The position numbers and the translations under genes are program-made. The notes below the pieces were generated by a model, which saw only the letters and a list, made by a program, of their open reading frames with translations, made no database searches and was not told the DNA's origin. Positions 1 through 14,491 of a stretch of DNA of 64,000 nucleotides are shown here, piece after piece. Source of the stretch: Marsupella aquatica (lineage: Eukaryota; Plantae; Marchantiophyta); assembly GCA_973895155.1 (NCBI GenBank), contig OZ316892.1, forward strand, positions 18,528,357 to 18,592,356. Direction: 5' to 3'. The first letter of the stretch is position 1. Each line of letters starts with the position of its first letter.

Positions 1-578
1 TGAGAGTATTCTTCACTCCGTTGGCAGTTAGTTTATAATCTTTGAATATCAGTTAGTTTATAATATTTGAATATCTGATCATCTTTGCACTCAAAGGCAA
101 TGGAGCAAAGAGTTTCAGACAACATGAAACAAGGGATATATTGGACTTCACAGAACACGCTGGAAAACTTTTAGCTGGAAAAAAAGACCCAGAAGTTATC
201 AAAATAAATACACAAATTTGCTGAAAAATAGAATTTTACAGTTGACTAAGACACCTAGAAAACTACTTGGAGCATACTTCTCAAAAGTGAAGAGTGGTTT
301 CAAAGATAGCCCAACAATCTGGATTTTGGGTGTAAAGTGAAGCGGTGTGTGTCAGAGTCTATGGGGATGGGCAAATCAAACTCCCTGGTCCATCCGGGCT
401 TAACTTTCTTGAGTTATGGCCTAAAACATGGCGGTATCTTTCGGTGGGCAAGAGTTTTGAACCATTGGACAACCCTTACATTGTAGGACAACAATAGGGG
501 GTCTCAAACCTCAAAATTTGATGAATTTTAACTTAGTAGTTGAGGATATATACAGAAAAAGTTATGATCTGCCAAAGT

Positions 579-753
579 CATAGTCCACAACTTTTTGCAG
601 TAAAGATTGGTTTGTGGAAAGAAAAAACTTTCACATCACCTTGTGAAAATGCTCCATGTTATGGACTACCACATTCATAGTCCACAACTTTTTGCCCTAA
701 AGATTGGTTAGTGAACAAAAAAACTTGTACATAATCTTGTGAAAATGCTCCAT
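579..753. repeat. Imperfect direct duplication (~98-bp period)
   Basis: catagtccacaactttttgc...taaagattggtt...cttgtgaaaatgctccat occurs at ~579 and ~676. Confidence 0.7.
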
Positions 754-1692
754 TTGTTTATGGCCAAAAGCCATCATCACTTTGAAGCTTTGAGACGCCC
801 TACTCCATTTACTTTGAAAGAGTTCTCGTTTGACAAGCTGAGTTGCAATCTGTCACTTATTTGCACATTCTTTGCACATATAAGCTCTTATGAAAGGCTC
901 CCATAGTCTGTTGTACTAAATGCAGTATGGCTGGGAACAAACCTTGGTGCTTGAGATGCTGAGCGGGGAACCAATCCTTGGTGATGAATAACCGGATGCC
1001 TTCTCAGGACAGGTGCATCCACCCAAAAGCACTCTCCTATTTCTTTTGAGCCCTTTGCCCTCCGCAGGCGTATGAATAACAGATAGTACATGCAACAACC
1101 AAACTTCTAACTAAATAATGAGGTAGTATAAGTTAATCCCCTTTTCGCCACTCAGTTTGCCAATCTAGTTCATCATGACATTAGTAATGATCTACTTTTT
1201 GTAGATCCCATTGAACCTTGAAGCTAATGATCGGCTTTGGAGATCCCATTGAATTCTTGAAGGAATTCTTGAAGCTCGTAAACTCCAAACTTCCCTTTAA
1301 ATATGGCTAGTGGCAGTTTAAGTGATCCTTCACTGATGTCAATGGGTCACAAATGAGTAAAGTGTAGTATCTATTGAATGCAAAAACTATATGATTATAT
1401 ACCCTATATATATGTAAAATGTTTGTTATGTCACGGTGACTTTGATGACCATGCTATCATTTGTAATTAGTTCTTCCCCGTTTGCTCAGCCAGGGCCACA
1501 ACAGACATGCATTGGTTGGAAGCGAAATTCCAACCAATGCATAGGTTGACCGTCACCAAAATTCGTGTGAACAATTGTATGGTTTAGAAAAGGAGGACCG
1601 ATGCGACCCAGTTCCTGAGCTCGAATGTATATTGAGAGCAGAACGCGGCTAAACTCGTGCTAACATTTGACAACCTACTGAGTATGGTAGTT

Positions 1693-1934
1693 TTGCTCTG
1701 AAGGAATGCATTCTACTTTTCGTCTCAAGCTGATTGGTAAGTGCGCTTCGTTGCTGACTGGCTACTTGGTTATTGCTCTGAAGGAATGCATTCTATTTTT
1801 CGCCTCAAGCTGACTGGTAAGTGCGCTTCGTTGCTGACTGGCTACTTGGTTAGTTTTGCTCTGAAGGAATGCATTCTATTTTTCGCCTCAAGCTGATTGG
1901 TAAGTGCGCTTCGTTGCTGACTGGCTACTTGGTT
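1693..1934. repeat. Tandem repeat, 3 x ~80-83 bp
   Basis: Near-identical unit ttgctctgaaggaatgcattcta...gtgcgcttcgttgctgactggctacttggtt starting at 1693, 1773 and 1856; no unique spacers. Confidence 0.9.
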
Positions 1935-2878
1935 GACTTGCACCTTTGCATGGAAGACATGCAGTATATGGACCAACAATCGGGCCAACAATAGACAATA
2001 AGAGGCAATTTGTGGTGATATTCTGGCTAAAGAGTGAATCTAATAATTACCAACTGAGTTTTGGAGAGCAGACAGCCGCTCGAGCACCAGACATTGTGAA
2101 TGGTGCAATTATAGTTTCTACCATTCCCAGGTTTTTAGCGGACTCGGGGGTTTACTCCTTGGACTGTAGCTTCAAGGTGGCTTTAGTTGCCAACGAGACA
2201 GGCCGTGCTATGCATGCAGCCTGTAGCAGTTAAACCAGAATTGAAGCACAATTAACCAACAGGCTGAGCTCAGTAGTTGGCGCGGGAGTTGGAGTTACCT
2301 GATTCGTAGTGGACACAGATCTTTGCCCATCAAATTTCATGTCACTAACATGGTTCAGTTCTGTATATGATTTTGCTATTTTAGCCAAGGGGAGAACCAT
2401 TCGGCACTGCGCGCTTTCATTCAGCAGGTGTCGTGTCTTCGCCAGCTTTCAGTTCCAGACGTGCTAATGGAACTCCACTGCCAATGCTGGTTGGGGATAA
2501 TTCCAAAACTTGAACTCTATTTTCCAGATCATATACGCCCCAAGACAGGGATAGATCGAGAAGCCTAGTACTTTACGGACGTGGACAATCCTGCACTGAA
2601 TGGCTGGATTTCAGTCATGGAGGTATATGCATACTGTGTTGGGGAAGGCGCTGGTGAATATAGTAACCTCATTGTTTGCACTACATTATGGGACATAATG
2701 CCGTGAAAATAAGTGATTTAGCTCGAATTTTGTCTGGCTCTATTTTTAATAGAAGTAGAACAGAACCTTCATAATAAGCCTATCCAAATTTGAACTATGC
2801 ATTTTCTCTATATATGCATTGAAAATTCAAATTGGGAAGGCCATAAATTAAGTAATGCTCACTCTTCAACTTTTGCCC

Positions 2879-3022
2879 AAGGCTGTCAAAGTGCTTTCCT
2901 GCTCTAATTTACAGGGATTGAAGACTGAATGACGCTCCACCGCTCCACTCAAGGCTGTCAAAGTGCTTCCCTGCTCTAATTTACAGCGATTGAAGACTGA
3001 ATGACGCTTCACCGCTCCACCC
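2879..3022. repeat. Tandem repeat, 2 x 72 bp
   Basis: aaggctgtcaaagtgctt...gattgaagactgaatgacgct..accgctccac repeated twice. Confidence 0.85.
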
Positions 3023-4221
3023 AAGACTGGTTCGAGTGACCTTTTGGAGTATGTGCATAGGGAGACATACTGCTGAGCTACCACTTCAGAGATTTTGCCT
3101 GACAAGAAATATGAATAGACAAACCGAGCAATTAAATCATGAATTCGGATACACTCAGCAAAGGAATGAACCTCGAGCCACTAGTCGATAAATTTCGCAA
3201 TCTCGGCTTATCGAGTTTGGAACATTTGTTTGAATGTATGTGATCTCGAGCATAGGAGGCCTTTGGAAAAGCACCCAAGCAAGCACCCAAGCAAAACATT
3301 TGGGACGTGCACGAGTGATCGGGTGTCCAGTTTAGGAGATCGATTATTTCACACAATACAAGTAGCTGCAAGGAAGCGTGGATTTCAACATACCATTAAT
3401 AAGACATTGCTTGACAATGTAGGACGTGGGAGAGGGTATGAAATTGCAAACTGTTGGTCAATTTTGCTTCTAATTAAAGCCATGAGAATGGGATGGGAGC
3501 ACTCTGGAAGTCAATTGCGACACTTTAGCATGGATCACTTATGCCTCCATGTTTCCAAAACACCCAGATAGGCCACAGCAACAACCCTTTCCTGCTTAGA
3601 TGATACATATTACAAGAAAGAGTGAAATGTGACTGAAGTCAAGGTAGTCTTGGAAATCCATAGCTCTTTGAATTTTCAGTGAAGGACGCATATATTAGAC
3701 TAGTTGGAAAGATCTTTGCAACAACTAATCCAAGAATAGCCAATTCCCCTGCATATCAATGGAGAAATTAAAAGTCAAAACTTGCTAATAGAAAGCTTTT
3801 GGAAGATTGAAGGAAGAATGGACAGGGATTGAGTGCACTCATAATCTTGAAATTTGAAAGGGGAAAAGTGGCTGATTAGAAGCTTTCAGAATGGGGAAAA
3901 GTGTAGAGTGAGTTTGGGAGTGAGTGACAAGCTAGTTTTGAAAAATGCATAGATCTCTCCCGGGATCTCTCCATTACAACTATAATAAGGGATCCCGCAT
4001 TTTTTCGTCCTTTGTCACAGTATAAAACAGCTCCTAAGTGTAAAAGATCCACAACTATTGGATTCAATTAGTTGTTTACCCCGACCATTGATAGAAGAAA
4101 TATGCACCCCTGGCACATATGTGCTTCCCGCTGCCCCATAAATGCCCTGGCCCAACTCCCTATGGGTCGGCCTTCTTTGCACAGTGCAACCCACTGGCTT
4201 AGGGCTCGTTTTTAATGAAAG

Positions 4222-4420
4222 CCAAACCTGGGTGATCTATCCTTGATCAGAATGAAGCTTGTGTGAAACTAAGTGGAGGTCTGAACCGACTGATGTTGAA
4301 AAATCAGCGGATGAGTTGTGGTTAGGGGTGGAATGCCACTCAAACCCAGAGCTAGCTTGTTCTCCCCAAAATGTGTTAGGGAGCAGCAGTTGACTGGACT
4401 ATCTAGGGTAGCACTGTTTT
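4222..4420 (+). pseudogene. rrn23: Fragment of plastid 23S rRNA gene inserted in nuclear DNA (NUPT)
   Basis: aacctgggtgatctatcc...gaagcttg.gtgaaactaagtggaggtc.gaaccgactgatgttgaa.aatcagcggatgagttgtggttaggggtg...cccagagctagct.gttctcccc.aaatg...gcagcagttgactggac matches chloroplast 23S rRNA as I recall it; only ~200 bp, with several CG->TG/CA changes. Confidence 0.88.
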
Positions 4421-7400
4421 GTTGAATGACAACATTACTTGTTGGAAGATCTTTCATATAAGGGAATATACCTTGGATTTGTTGCAAGCACTTGGGAATG
4501 ATCTTTAATAAGGGATTTGGTATATTTACCTTATATAAAACCTGCCTTCAGATATTTGCATGCATGGATTGACGTATCTATTTTCTAATTTTTCAAACGG
4601 GCTAAGTGGGTACAACACAGCATCTAGCCATGGAGGTTGGAGAGGATAAGATTGGAATTCTGCCATTACTGTCTCATACTGTACTGCCAATTGGGAAATG
4701 AATGGACCTTGGAATGGACTTCTCTTATCTTCTCTCCTTTGATGAGAATTGAGAAGCAAGGTTTGATTTATATATTGTGATGCATTCATGTGAGCAGTTT
4801 AATTATGGACCCCCATTAGAGGTCCTTTCCAAAATTCCTGGCTCCACAGTGCGCCACATCATCATGGCATGCCACAAACAGGAAGGGACTTGTTTTGGGA
4901 TAAAATTAACTTCTACATTCGTGTTTGTGGCAACTTTGCTGTAAAAACTAGGACGCCATGCCGTAAAAATGAATGTAAAAAAATTGACATGCAAATCAAA
5001 AGATAAAAAGATTGAGGTAAACTGCTCCCAATAATGGTTTTATTTCCATTTTGATTTCATTCAATACATAAAATTTTCCTGAAAATAATTTTTGATTTGA
5101 CATTGTTGAGTCAAATCATAATAAAAACTCACGTATAATATGGCGTTGGAAAGATCTTGAAGAGACGGTTGTGATGAGCTCAGAATTGTCACCATTCGAT
5201 AAGAATTGAGTAAATAATTTGAAAAATAGATTTTACCCGTGATTTTGTAATCTCTAATGTGAATAGAAATTTTTGTTGTACAACCCCTAAAATGTTGACC
5301 CCTTCCATGAGAATGAACCTAAAATTGATAGATTTTATTGAGTACTAAGGAGATTATGAATTTTAGAATTTCTTTAGTTGCTTAATGAACTTAACATTGA
5401 TAGATTTAGTTAAGTTCTGAGGAGATTATAAGTTTCCAATGTTCTCTAGCTTTGATTAAGATTATGCAAGGTAAGTGATTTGATGACAACAATGACTTCT
5501 CTCTCTTTGTCTATCTGCATGTAAGAATTGAAAAGTGATTACTTTCGATGCAACCTGAATACATCCAGCATCCCTTCGATAACGTGGAGGAAATCAACAA
5601 ACACCGTTTTGCTGAAGTGGGCAATTAAGCTGCCCACACATTAAACAGTAGTTCACATTGCAGCTTGTTTTGTGATTGATGTTAATTATGGTTGTCTTGG
5701 TAAGTTTGGCAATTGTTTCAAGTGTCAAACCTTGACTTGTCCATTTTTGAAATTTTTTCTTAAGATCTGGAAGTCCATCTAGGCTTGGAGGTCCATCTAG
5801 GCTTTCTAGATAAGTGTCTCTAAAATAACATGGGGGTTGATGATGTAGATTAATGATGGATAGTTGAATGTGACGTTAGGTAAATAAGTGTTTGATGAGA
5901 TAAACTATTAAAACGTATGTGGTGGACTTAAGAACAAATCTTTGCTTTTTGTACTGGTCAGCAGAGCATTGTGTTTCCATGTAAGATTTATGCCTAAGTT
6001 TGCCTGGTCGGGGCCACACAGCGGCTGTTTGATGGGGCCTTGGTCTGGACTATGGATTACAAGTTGGCAACTTACATTTTTTACTCCATACTTTGGTCTT
6101 TGCGCTTTGAGGTGGACTACCTCACAAGTTATAGCTTAATATCTCAAGCATAAAGCAGATTATCAGGAAACCTTTATGTTTGTCTTAGTTTATACACTGT
6201 AGGGGCAACCATTTTCGCTAATTTTGGGAGAGGATTGTGAGTGGTAACTTCTCCCCGTTGATGAGAAGTAGTTTCCAGTTTCTAGTACAGTCTACTGTGT
6301 CTAAGAGCAGGTTCCCCAGACAACACCCCAAGCCTGCACTTATCCATAGTATGCACTAATATGTTATAAGTGCATGAGATATGCTTTATGCACTTTGTCA
6401 TATTTGACAATTTTGCAACAAAACAACAAGGAATGTTACATGTATCGTGTAGACATAGAGGTATTTTCGGAAACATTTTGTATGGAGAATTACCCTCCTT
6501 ATAACCATGAATGTACTCCTCTTTATTTTCAATGAAATTGTCCTAAGTATTGTACCTTTAAAATCACTTCATTTAATCTATATCCTCTCATCTATCTATT
6601 CCAATGTGCAACTCTTCATGGCTCCAAATAGTTCAATAAAACAAGCTTACATAACCAAGGGGTCTTCAAACTAATTTAAACTTGGGACTGGTTGGAAGCC
6701 CTGGCCTGAGGTACTGCCATTCAATGCTAGCTGCCCATATATTGTGGACAGAAAGTGAAGACCCATGTGTATATCTTCACATTTCTGAATGATGCCTACA
6801 GTGTGCGCGCAGACCCAGATATGTGCAGAGTTTGCTCTACAGTAGTTGTCCCAACAATCATAGCCAGCCCAACATCAGTAGTCTTCTCTGTGGCAACATA
6901 GGTTCCAAGAAGTTCAAACCCTAGTTCAAGCTTCATCTGATGACCAGGTCTTGCACAAACCCTGATCTCAAAGTAAGGTTCACCAAAACTTTTGTACACA
7001 AAAGATTTGACACTTGGAAAAATTGGAGGTCACTCTCTTAAACACCTACATGCAATCAGATAAGTGTGGGACCCTATGGAAAGTAATCACAAATTTCCCA
7101 CAACCATGTAGGAGTGTGACCCAAGGGGTTGTCATATGTGAGTCTCCCAGGAACCATCAACTGTCCACGTGCCTTAAGTGTACTGTCCATAACTACATTC
7201 TTTGGTTATGTGCAGACCAGGAATATTGTAGTCCCCCAAAGTAATAGCAATCATCTTTGTAAATGCACCAACAAATTCAAACTTTAAAACTGTGGTTTTG
7301 ACTATCACTAAACATCAAATATGTAGGTGCATTTCTGTCTACAAGTGTAGAGTCATATGCCCTTATCAATGGCGGACAAATACATTCAGAGTATTTACAT

Positions 7401-7875
7401 ACTGATAAGTTTCATGCACTTGTCCAGCTGAATTATGCCCTATGAGGGCTTGGGGTATTAGGAGTCCACTGTGTGTGATCTTCAAATACATATGGGGAAG
7501 TGCATGAGCAATTTCCCATGCACTTATTAGGTTGTGGAGACGGTGCCCATATGGAGAAATGCTTGAATGATATACCGGGCACTTATAATATAGTGTATAT
7601 AGTAAATAAGTGTAAGGCTTAGGGTCAGTTCTTTTTGTAGTGGTGAAAATTGGACACAGTAGATTTCACCAAGAGGCTTGGTCACTTTTTACCCCGCTTT
7701 TGGCAAAAAGTGGCTCGGTATTTCAGCAGGAGGCTTGGTCACTTTTGGCAAGAACTAGCTTGGTGTTTGTTGCTCCATCGCCCAGTTTCCCTCCTAGCTA
7801 GAGACCCCATCTTTGGGGGATCTGAAAGTCAGAACAAAGAAAATTAGATAAAGAGTATACTTCACAGCTTCTCTT

Positions 7876-8033
7876 GAGACATATACTTAATGGACCCCTA
7901 AAATGAAAAGTGTTACTTGATGGGTAGCATGAGTGATCCAGACCCTTGTTAGACTTTAAATCAATGAACTCAAAAACTCACGAAGTCCATAAAGTAACAC
8001 TTTTCATTTAGGGGTCCATCAAGTATATCTCTC
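7876..8033. mobile_element. Small MITE-like element with ~47-bp inverted repeats
   Basis: gagacatatacttaatggacccctaaaatgaaaagtgttact (7876) mirrored by agtaacacttttcatttaggggtccatcaagtatatctctc (to 8033); a related end occurs at ~16865; no clear TSD. Confidence 0.6.
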
Positions 8034-8757
8034 ATTTTCTCTTTCACACAAAGTGAAATCAGTCACCCAGGCCAAAAATAAAAACCTGCAAAAATAAAGT
8101 TGCTTGGGTGGGCGCAGTGTTTTTTTAGTGGCAATAACTCCTTAGATTCCACCTCCACAAAAAGTTTTTGTCACTTTTGGCAAACATTTGCTAGGTTTTC
8201 TGTGTCTTATCCAGTTTTACACAGTCACAGGCCCTATCAGCCAGAGTCTGACGGGTCATTTTTATATAAAGGGAGATTTTTTACACCCAGTCACAGGCCC
8301 TATTAACCAGAATCTAAAGGTCCCCTTAAATCTAGGGAGATCTAACAGCCCAAAAATAATTCAGGAAAATCACATAAAGAATATACTAGCGTCTTCTCCT
8401 TCACACACTGACATTCGCCACGCTGGCAAAAAAGGGAAAACCTTAAAACAACCTTAAAGATTGCAGAAGGGGAAAGTCAACCAAGGAGCCTGCACTTAGA
8501 CACGTTAGACAGTAAGAACCTTACTCAGATTTGGGTTCGGGCAAACTTTTGAGCTTCTTCTCTTCGCTTCTCATCAAATTCATCACATGCCGTTCTTGGA
8601 CCCAATCATTCTACTACTGAGTGCACTGTGGATGTGGATGACGCTCTACTCTTTTTGTTTGTTCCCAATTCTTCTGGTTTCAGTTGTAACCAGCTCTCAT
8701 CAATCGTCACTCTCCTGGACACTCGAGAGAAAGGAGAACCCTCCCCCCACAGCTGAC

Positions 8758-8827
8758 GAGGCACGGAATCACTATCCTCCCCTGAAAATCTGGGAGGCAC
8801 GGAATCGATATCCCTCCCTGAAAATCG
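8758..8827. repeat. 2 x 36-bp direct repeat upstream of the phosphoglycerate mutase gene
   Basis: gaggcacggaatc...tatcc..ccctgaaaatc repeated twice. Confidence 0.7.
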
Positions 8828-9413
8828 GTGGGTGCTCCGTTTTTTGAGTCTGTGAGTGGAGAAAAGCGACACACTTTTGAAATTGCTAGAATCGCTTGAT
8901 CGATTCCTCTCTTCAGTTTTGATGAAATACTCTCTTTTTCTCGGCTCAACGGGAGATTGCGTGTAACATCTCAAGGCCGTCTGACCTTTTGGCCATGTCA
9001 TATCCATACCCTGCTTGTCAATCAATACCTCCGGACGACGGAATTCCACAAGCTGGGCATTGTTGCCGCATTCATACCATGTGATTGGAAGTCAGGTGCT
9101 GACACTTTGATAAGGACCATTCTTCCCTCTGTTCTGGGAACTTGTTGATTCATTCTGGAATTGAAAGAGTGCAGAGCCACAGGTTTCTTGTTGTGATTGT
9201 ACGAGGAGGGGCCATTGGACTGGGATTTTTGTCGCCGCCCACATTTCTGACAATTGTCTCGGGGACCCGTTCGCTGCTTTCCGGATCCTCTGTATCTCTG
9301 TCTTTCCGCATTGAACAGAGTCCTCATTTCGTACAGGAAGGTGGCGGAAACAGATCTCGGCCCACCAATTGGTCTCCACCGTCCTAAGGATTGGGAGTCG
9401 AATTGGGAGCTGA

Positions 9414-12286
9414 ATGGAAGCGTTCTCCCTGGAAATGGTCTCTGCTCTTCAATCTCCTGGGGGCAACATTGTTCGAGGATTGCAAATGAGAGTCTACCCG
9501 TCACCCAATTCTTCTCGAGTAGTTTATCCTCTTAGGGTGATATCCAATTCCTGGAGAAGTCGGAGCTTCGGCTTAGTCAGAGCTCAAGCTCTTCCTCCAG
9601 CCGGTGGACCCACGAATCGCGTTGCTGCAGCCTCTGTGCGCACTGTTGAGGCTCCGGCCAAGTTCGTTGGGGCTCCTGCTAAGTCCCTGAATGGAGACAC
9701 CGGGGAAATGGAGCTGATGCATCCTGCACCAGAAAATGTGCAGACCAGCCAACTCGTACTTATGCGCCATGGTGAGTGTTTATTCTGTAGATGCGTCACA
9801 TGTCATTCGGGACGTGCATCATTTGACCGTTGCATCGACCTCCTTCAATGCTTGACTGTCAGATTTCCAACTATGACGGTGGGATGTGGAAGAAAGGGTC
9901 TCACATTTGGACATTAAGAAAGCATACATGGCATTGGGATGAACATAATGCAAGTAGTAGGGTAGAACCGGACCACTTCTTTGACTTAACTGGACAATAA
10001 AGTGAGGTAATTTCAGAAAATCTACTTCGAAAGTGAATTGGAGAATTTCGGTTGCCTTCAGACTTAAAGAACAAAGTAAGGATTGGTCATTTACAGCATA
10101 TAATGTTGATTGTAAAAATTCAGATATCGACTCTAGACAGGGAGGGATGCACTTGTGAAGCTTGTAATTTATTAGATTTGAGGAAACAGTTTGAGTTTTT
10201 AATGTTACCATCTTTTCATGCAGGGGAGAGTATGTGGAACGACCTGAAGTTGTTTACAGGGTACGCAAATCTCTTTCATAGGGCGTTCATTTTGGTTTCA
10301 GATGTCAAAGGTTCATGTGAGATTTCATCATCTCCATGCCTAAGTAAATGTTGATCTTAAAAGGAGTAAAACGAGAGTTTTGGTAGTGCTTACTCAGTAG
10401 AAGAAGAAGATTAGCAACCATTATTTGTATCACTGGCTTATTGCTCGTTTGCTCGATGTTCACCATCTGAATAGGTTTCGAGAGTTGATAAAAGGCTTTG
10501 GATATAATGCAGTGCTCACATGATGTAACTTATTACTCTAGGCGAAGATGATGATCTACAGTAGATCTGACCGTTATAACTCGGCTGTTGATTTTGCAGG
10601 GACGTGGATATCCCTTTGACGGAGAAAGGAGTAATGGAGGCGCTAGCAGGAGGGAAAGCCGTCCGTGAGATTGACTTTGACATCATTTTCACAAGTCGTC
10701 TAGTTCGATCTAAGCAAACGGCTCTTATTGCCATGACTCAGGTTTGCAATCCTATCAAATGTTTACCTTAGCTCTCTGCAAGTTATTGTGATCCGCTGTA
10801 CCTTTGGATCTTTGCGCTTGGTCAAGCTCTGAATTGTGAACGAGATGAAGGGCTATCCCTACATGGACTGTAATGTCACGAGATGGAGCGAATATATTTT
10901 GAATCAGATGGTCTTTGTGGTGGGACAGTATTCTCGGCACGTTTATCGTTGAGATAATTAACAAAACTTAGGGTTTGCCTTTAAGTAAAACGATTGCATT
11001 CTCTTTGTCTATCGACGTGCCGGCTTTCTAGTGTCTTGATGATTCAAACAGGGAGACTTATTCAGTTTTCGAAATGGATGCAGAACCAGTTCAAACGAGT
11101 GCCAGTTCTTGTGAGGGGAGGGTACTATGGAAATGGGAAAACTGGAGATGCAAACCGGTTGAGATTACGTGATGCAGCGGCAAATGCTTTAGAGCATGCA
11201 TCCTGTCGGATGGTTCCAGTGTATGCAGACCCTGCTCTAAATGAGCGTTGCTATGGTGATCTGCAGGTCTGTTTTGCAATTTGCATGGATCATTCAAAGA
11301 AAATCTTCTTTAAAAGTCAGCACGTAGCCCATCCCTTGGCCGGAACGAGTACTGATGCATTGTAAGTTCTGAATTCTTTCTGCAGGGCCTGAGTAAAGAA
11401 GCAGCTGTCAAAGAATTTGGGTCAGATGTTGTGCGCAAGTGGCGCAGGAGTCATGATACTAGGCCACCCAATGGAGAAAGTTTGGAGGTACGTTTTGAGA
11501 ATAAGTTTTTGCTTTGTCTGTGGTGAGATCGTTTCTTAAAGAGTCTAATTGAGCTCAGTTCTTTTCATGCTGTGGGACTAGCCAGGGAACCCGCATTGCA
11601 ATAATAACCTTTTGCGTTGGACGGTAGTTTAAGAGACAGCATGTTTCTCTTATGATTTACAGATCTACGGTGCTCCAACGATTTCTGCTAAACATTTATA
11701 TCAAAATTTCATCCTCGTTACTTCAATTTGTCTCGTCCATGGTTGCGATTGGTGTGGGGTTTTACCTCCTAATTGAAGGTGGCAGAACTCAGCTTCTCGA
11801 TCCGAATCTAGTTTAAAACAACAGGCTGTTCTAACCCACTCCCTTCTCCCTTGTTCATGTGTACAGGACACTTACAAGAGAGCAGTTCAATTTTTCATGT
11901 GGACCATAGAGCCGAGGCTCAAGGAAGGGCGAAATGTGATGATGGTTGCCCATGGAAATGTGCTGCGATGCATCATCTCTCATCTTTCTGGCCTTACAGC
12001 CCAGGAGATGCTTGCGCTTCAGGTAGCTTCAGTGCTTTGCTTTAATGACTGTTTTGTTTTCCTGCTGCAAGTGCTACATGCATGCAATCTAATTCTTCTT
12101 TTGGATGATCTGGGCCACCTGCAGATAGTTACAGCAATGCCGTATGCCTATGCATTTGATGGGCACCATTTTGCGGAGTGTTGTGTGATGCCTCCAATTG
12201 ATCCTATAACCAATAAGCGACTGGAGGGAGTTCCATTGGGAATTACGTCAAGCCTGAAAAAAGGTGAAATCGATTCCTTGATTTAG
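9414..12286 (+). CDS. gpmA: 2,3-bisphosphoglycerate-dependent phosphoglycerate mutase (histidine phosphatase family), probable plastid transit peptide; 7 exons: 9414-9771, 10224-10260, 10600-10741, 11084-11266, 11386-11487, 11867-12022, 12125-12286
   Basis: Spliced frame is continuous across GT-AG introns: LVLMRHG/ESMWNDLKLFTG/DVDIPLTEKG...FTSRLVRSKQTA...LNERCYGDLQ/GLSK...WRRSHDTRPPNGESLE/D...VMMVAHGN; the N-terminal extension is Ser/Arg-rich. Confidence 0.93.
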
Positions 12287-14421
12287 TGGAGTTCCCCCAG
12301 ACTGGTTGTATCGAAGTTTATCTCATACCCCACGTGCCCCCTTCAAACCTGGTTATCCATCATTAATCCAGCGAACAAAGTGACTATAGATTGGGGGTGT
12401 TTAGTAAAGCTAAAGTGTAGTTGTAGCCCCGAGTATTTGAATCTCCTGGCATTTAGACGGAGGCGTGAAGTAGGGCAAATGTACATTTGTTATATAATCA
12501 CTACCACACAGTTAATGAGAAGCAGGAGGTTTTGTTGAGTACATCTGGATTGGCAAGCTTAAAGTTCTACTCTTTGTCAGCCAAAAAGTCGTGTAGTTCT
12601 CATGGGATGTTACTAACCCGTTCGAGTGTCACCCCAAGATTTGTAGTCAAGACATGCCTGTGGATATGCATACTCTTAAACCTCTGTCATAGGAGTTTTT
12701 GTATTTGACTATGGATTTGTTTTCCTATTATGAGGGAAAATTTTCATCAGTGAGGGCCAACAAGGACATTTCATGAGAGGGTACGTTACCACTGTGTCAT
12801 GGATGTGGAGTCTTTGTGGCTACTGGCCGAATGAGTCTTCTCACATGCAAGACGCAATGAGGGGAGCCAATAGCAACCTACACTTAGCCGTACGGCGTTC
12901 CTAAGCCCTTCAATTTGGACAGAAATTGGACAGAAATTCTCACAAGCACCTAACCAGCCCGCCTCAGGCGCAATGCATCCAATCTGACTTGGATGAGCAA
13001 CCTCCACCACAACCACGATTTTACTTAGGGCACCTTGGTCTTGCCCACTCTATCTCCGATCGGTTTCACGAGTAAGTTTTCGATCCCAGCCACATCTACA
13101 CGTGGAGACGGACAAGCCAGTTCAGTTACATCTGACCAGCTGCAGTTTAATTTGAAGCACTGGCCAGCCAAGGTATTACAAGGAAGGTCTCATTCATACA
13201 CAAGCGTTAGAAACAACTTGCTCCTGTCAGGGTCTGTAAGCCTACAGTAGTTGGGCTACTCTTTTTCTACATGATGAATGGCTATCTATACCTTGCAAGA
13301 TCCTATAGGCAATCGGACCAGGTCTAGACAAAGATCTCCATCATGATGGTGAAGGAGTTACGCCACCAACTGGTCGATCACCAGGTCCTCTCAGTGTGCA
13401 AATGATTTCTGATTGTTGCAATTTTGGCAAGCTGGGTCCGATGTTGTTTAATAGCATCAAAAAGTTCAGAGAGCATATTCTTTAGCAATCAGATTTCCAG
13501 TACAGTTCCTATGAAGAATGGGTTGGTAACATTCTGAAGCGCTTGGTATTGCATAAAGTCTGAACGTTTCACAAAGGTCGTCAGAAACGCTTTTCTGAAA
13601 AGGTTGCAATGAGTCCAAATAGTCATGTGAAGTAAATATGGAGCATTTATTTAGAAGGTCGAACTGGTTGGGTAGTGAATATTACGACTGTTGGTATTGT
13701 CGTAGTGCTTGAGCTAAGTGCAGCAATTGCCGTCTTGATGTGACTTGTGATGTATCCTGAGCAATAGGAAATAGCCGTCATGATCTTGTGATGGAGGAGC
13801 AATAGCCAATCATAGTTGGAGCTATTGAAATTGGTGTGGAGAAGAGATTCGGATTTTGACGCAACTCCTTTATTTTTTAGAGACTGGATGTTTCAAAACT
13901 GGATGTGTCAAAAGTTGGTGTCAAGACAAATCCTTAGCAGTCAAGCCTTCTTGTTGTACTGGGCCTCCTGACGAAATGATTCAGTGTTTGTTGATACTTT
14001 GCCACCGCATTTACTAGGTCAAGTGATCCACTGGCCTGAGCGAGGGTCTTCGCAGCAACTGATGTAGTTTTGACTGTCTAACACTTATGTGATGCAATGG
14101 TCGATGTTATACTAGGAATATGTGAACGCCTAGACAGGCTGCATAGGGCTCTCACAAGTCACACAATGCTCACTGGAATATTTTCCAGAAAAACGAATTA
14201 CTTAAACATCTCATGCACATGCATTCTCCCAAGAAGAAGCACGGCAGGCTGCCTTCGGGCTTATTAAGGAAATCTTCTTCCTAAGGAGGCTTTCCTACGT
14301 AGGAAGACGTGCATTCGACGACGCTGTCTTAGAAAGAATTCCTGAGATTTGAGATTATTGAGACTCTGTAATGCTTGGCAAGGATTCCATCGGCACCCGA
14401 AATCAGCATGGAGCTGGAGAA

Positions 14422-14491
14422 AAGTCTATCCACTATTGACAGGCCAAACAAATTCAAGTCTCTATCCACTATTGACAGGCCAAACAAATTC
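14422..14491. repeat. Short tandem duplication (39-bp period)
   Basis: tctatccactattgacaggccaaacaaattcaa repeated twice. Confidence 0.75.

Noticed and set aside
1693-1934. CRISPR-like array
   Set aside because: Units are contiguous near-identical repeats with no unique spacers, in a eukaryotic context with no cas genes; the same applies to 27902-28173
8587-9535. Overlapping ORFs upstream of and antisense to the phosphoglycerate mutase gene
   Set aside because: No recognisable motifs; consistent with GC-richer promoter/5' UTR sequence
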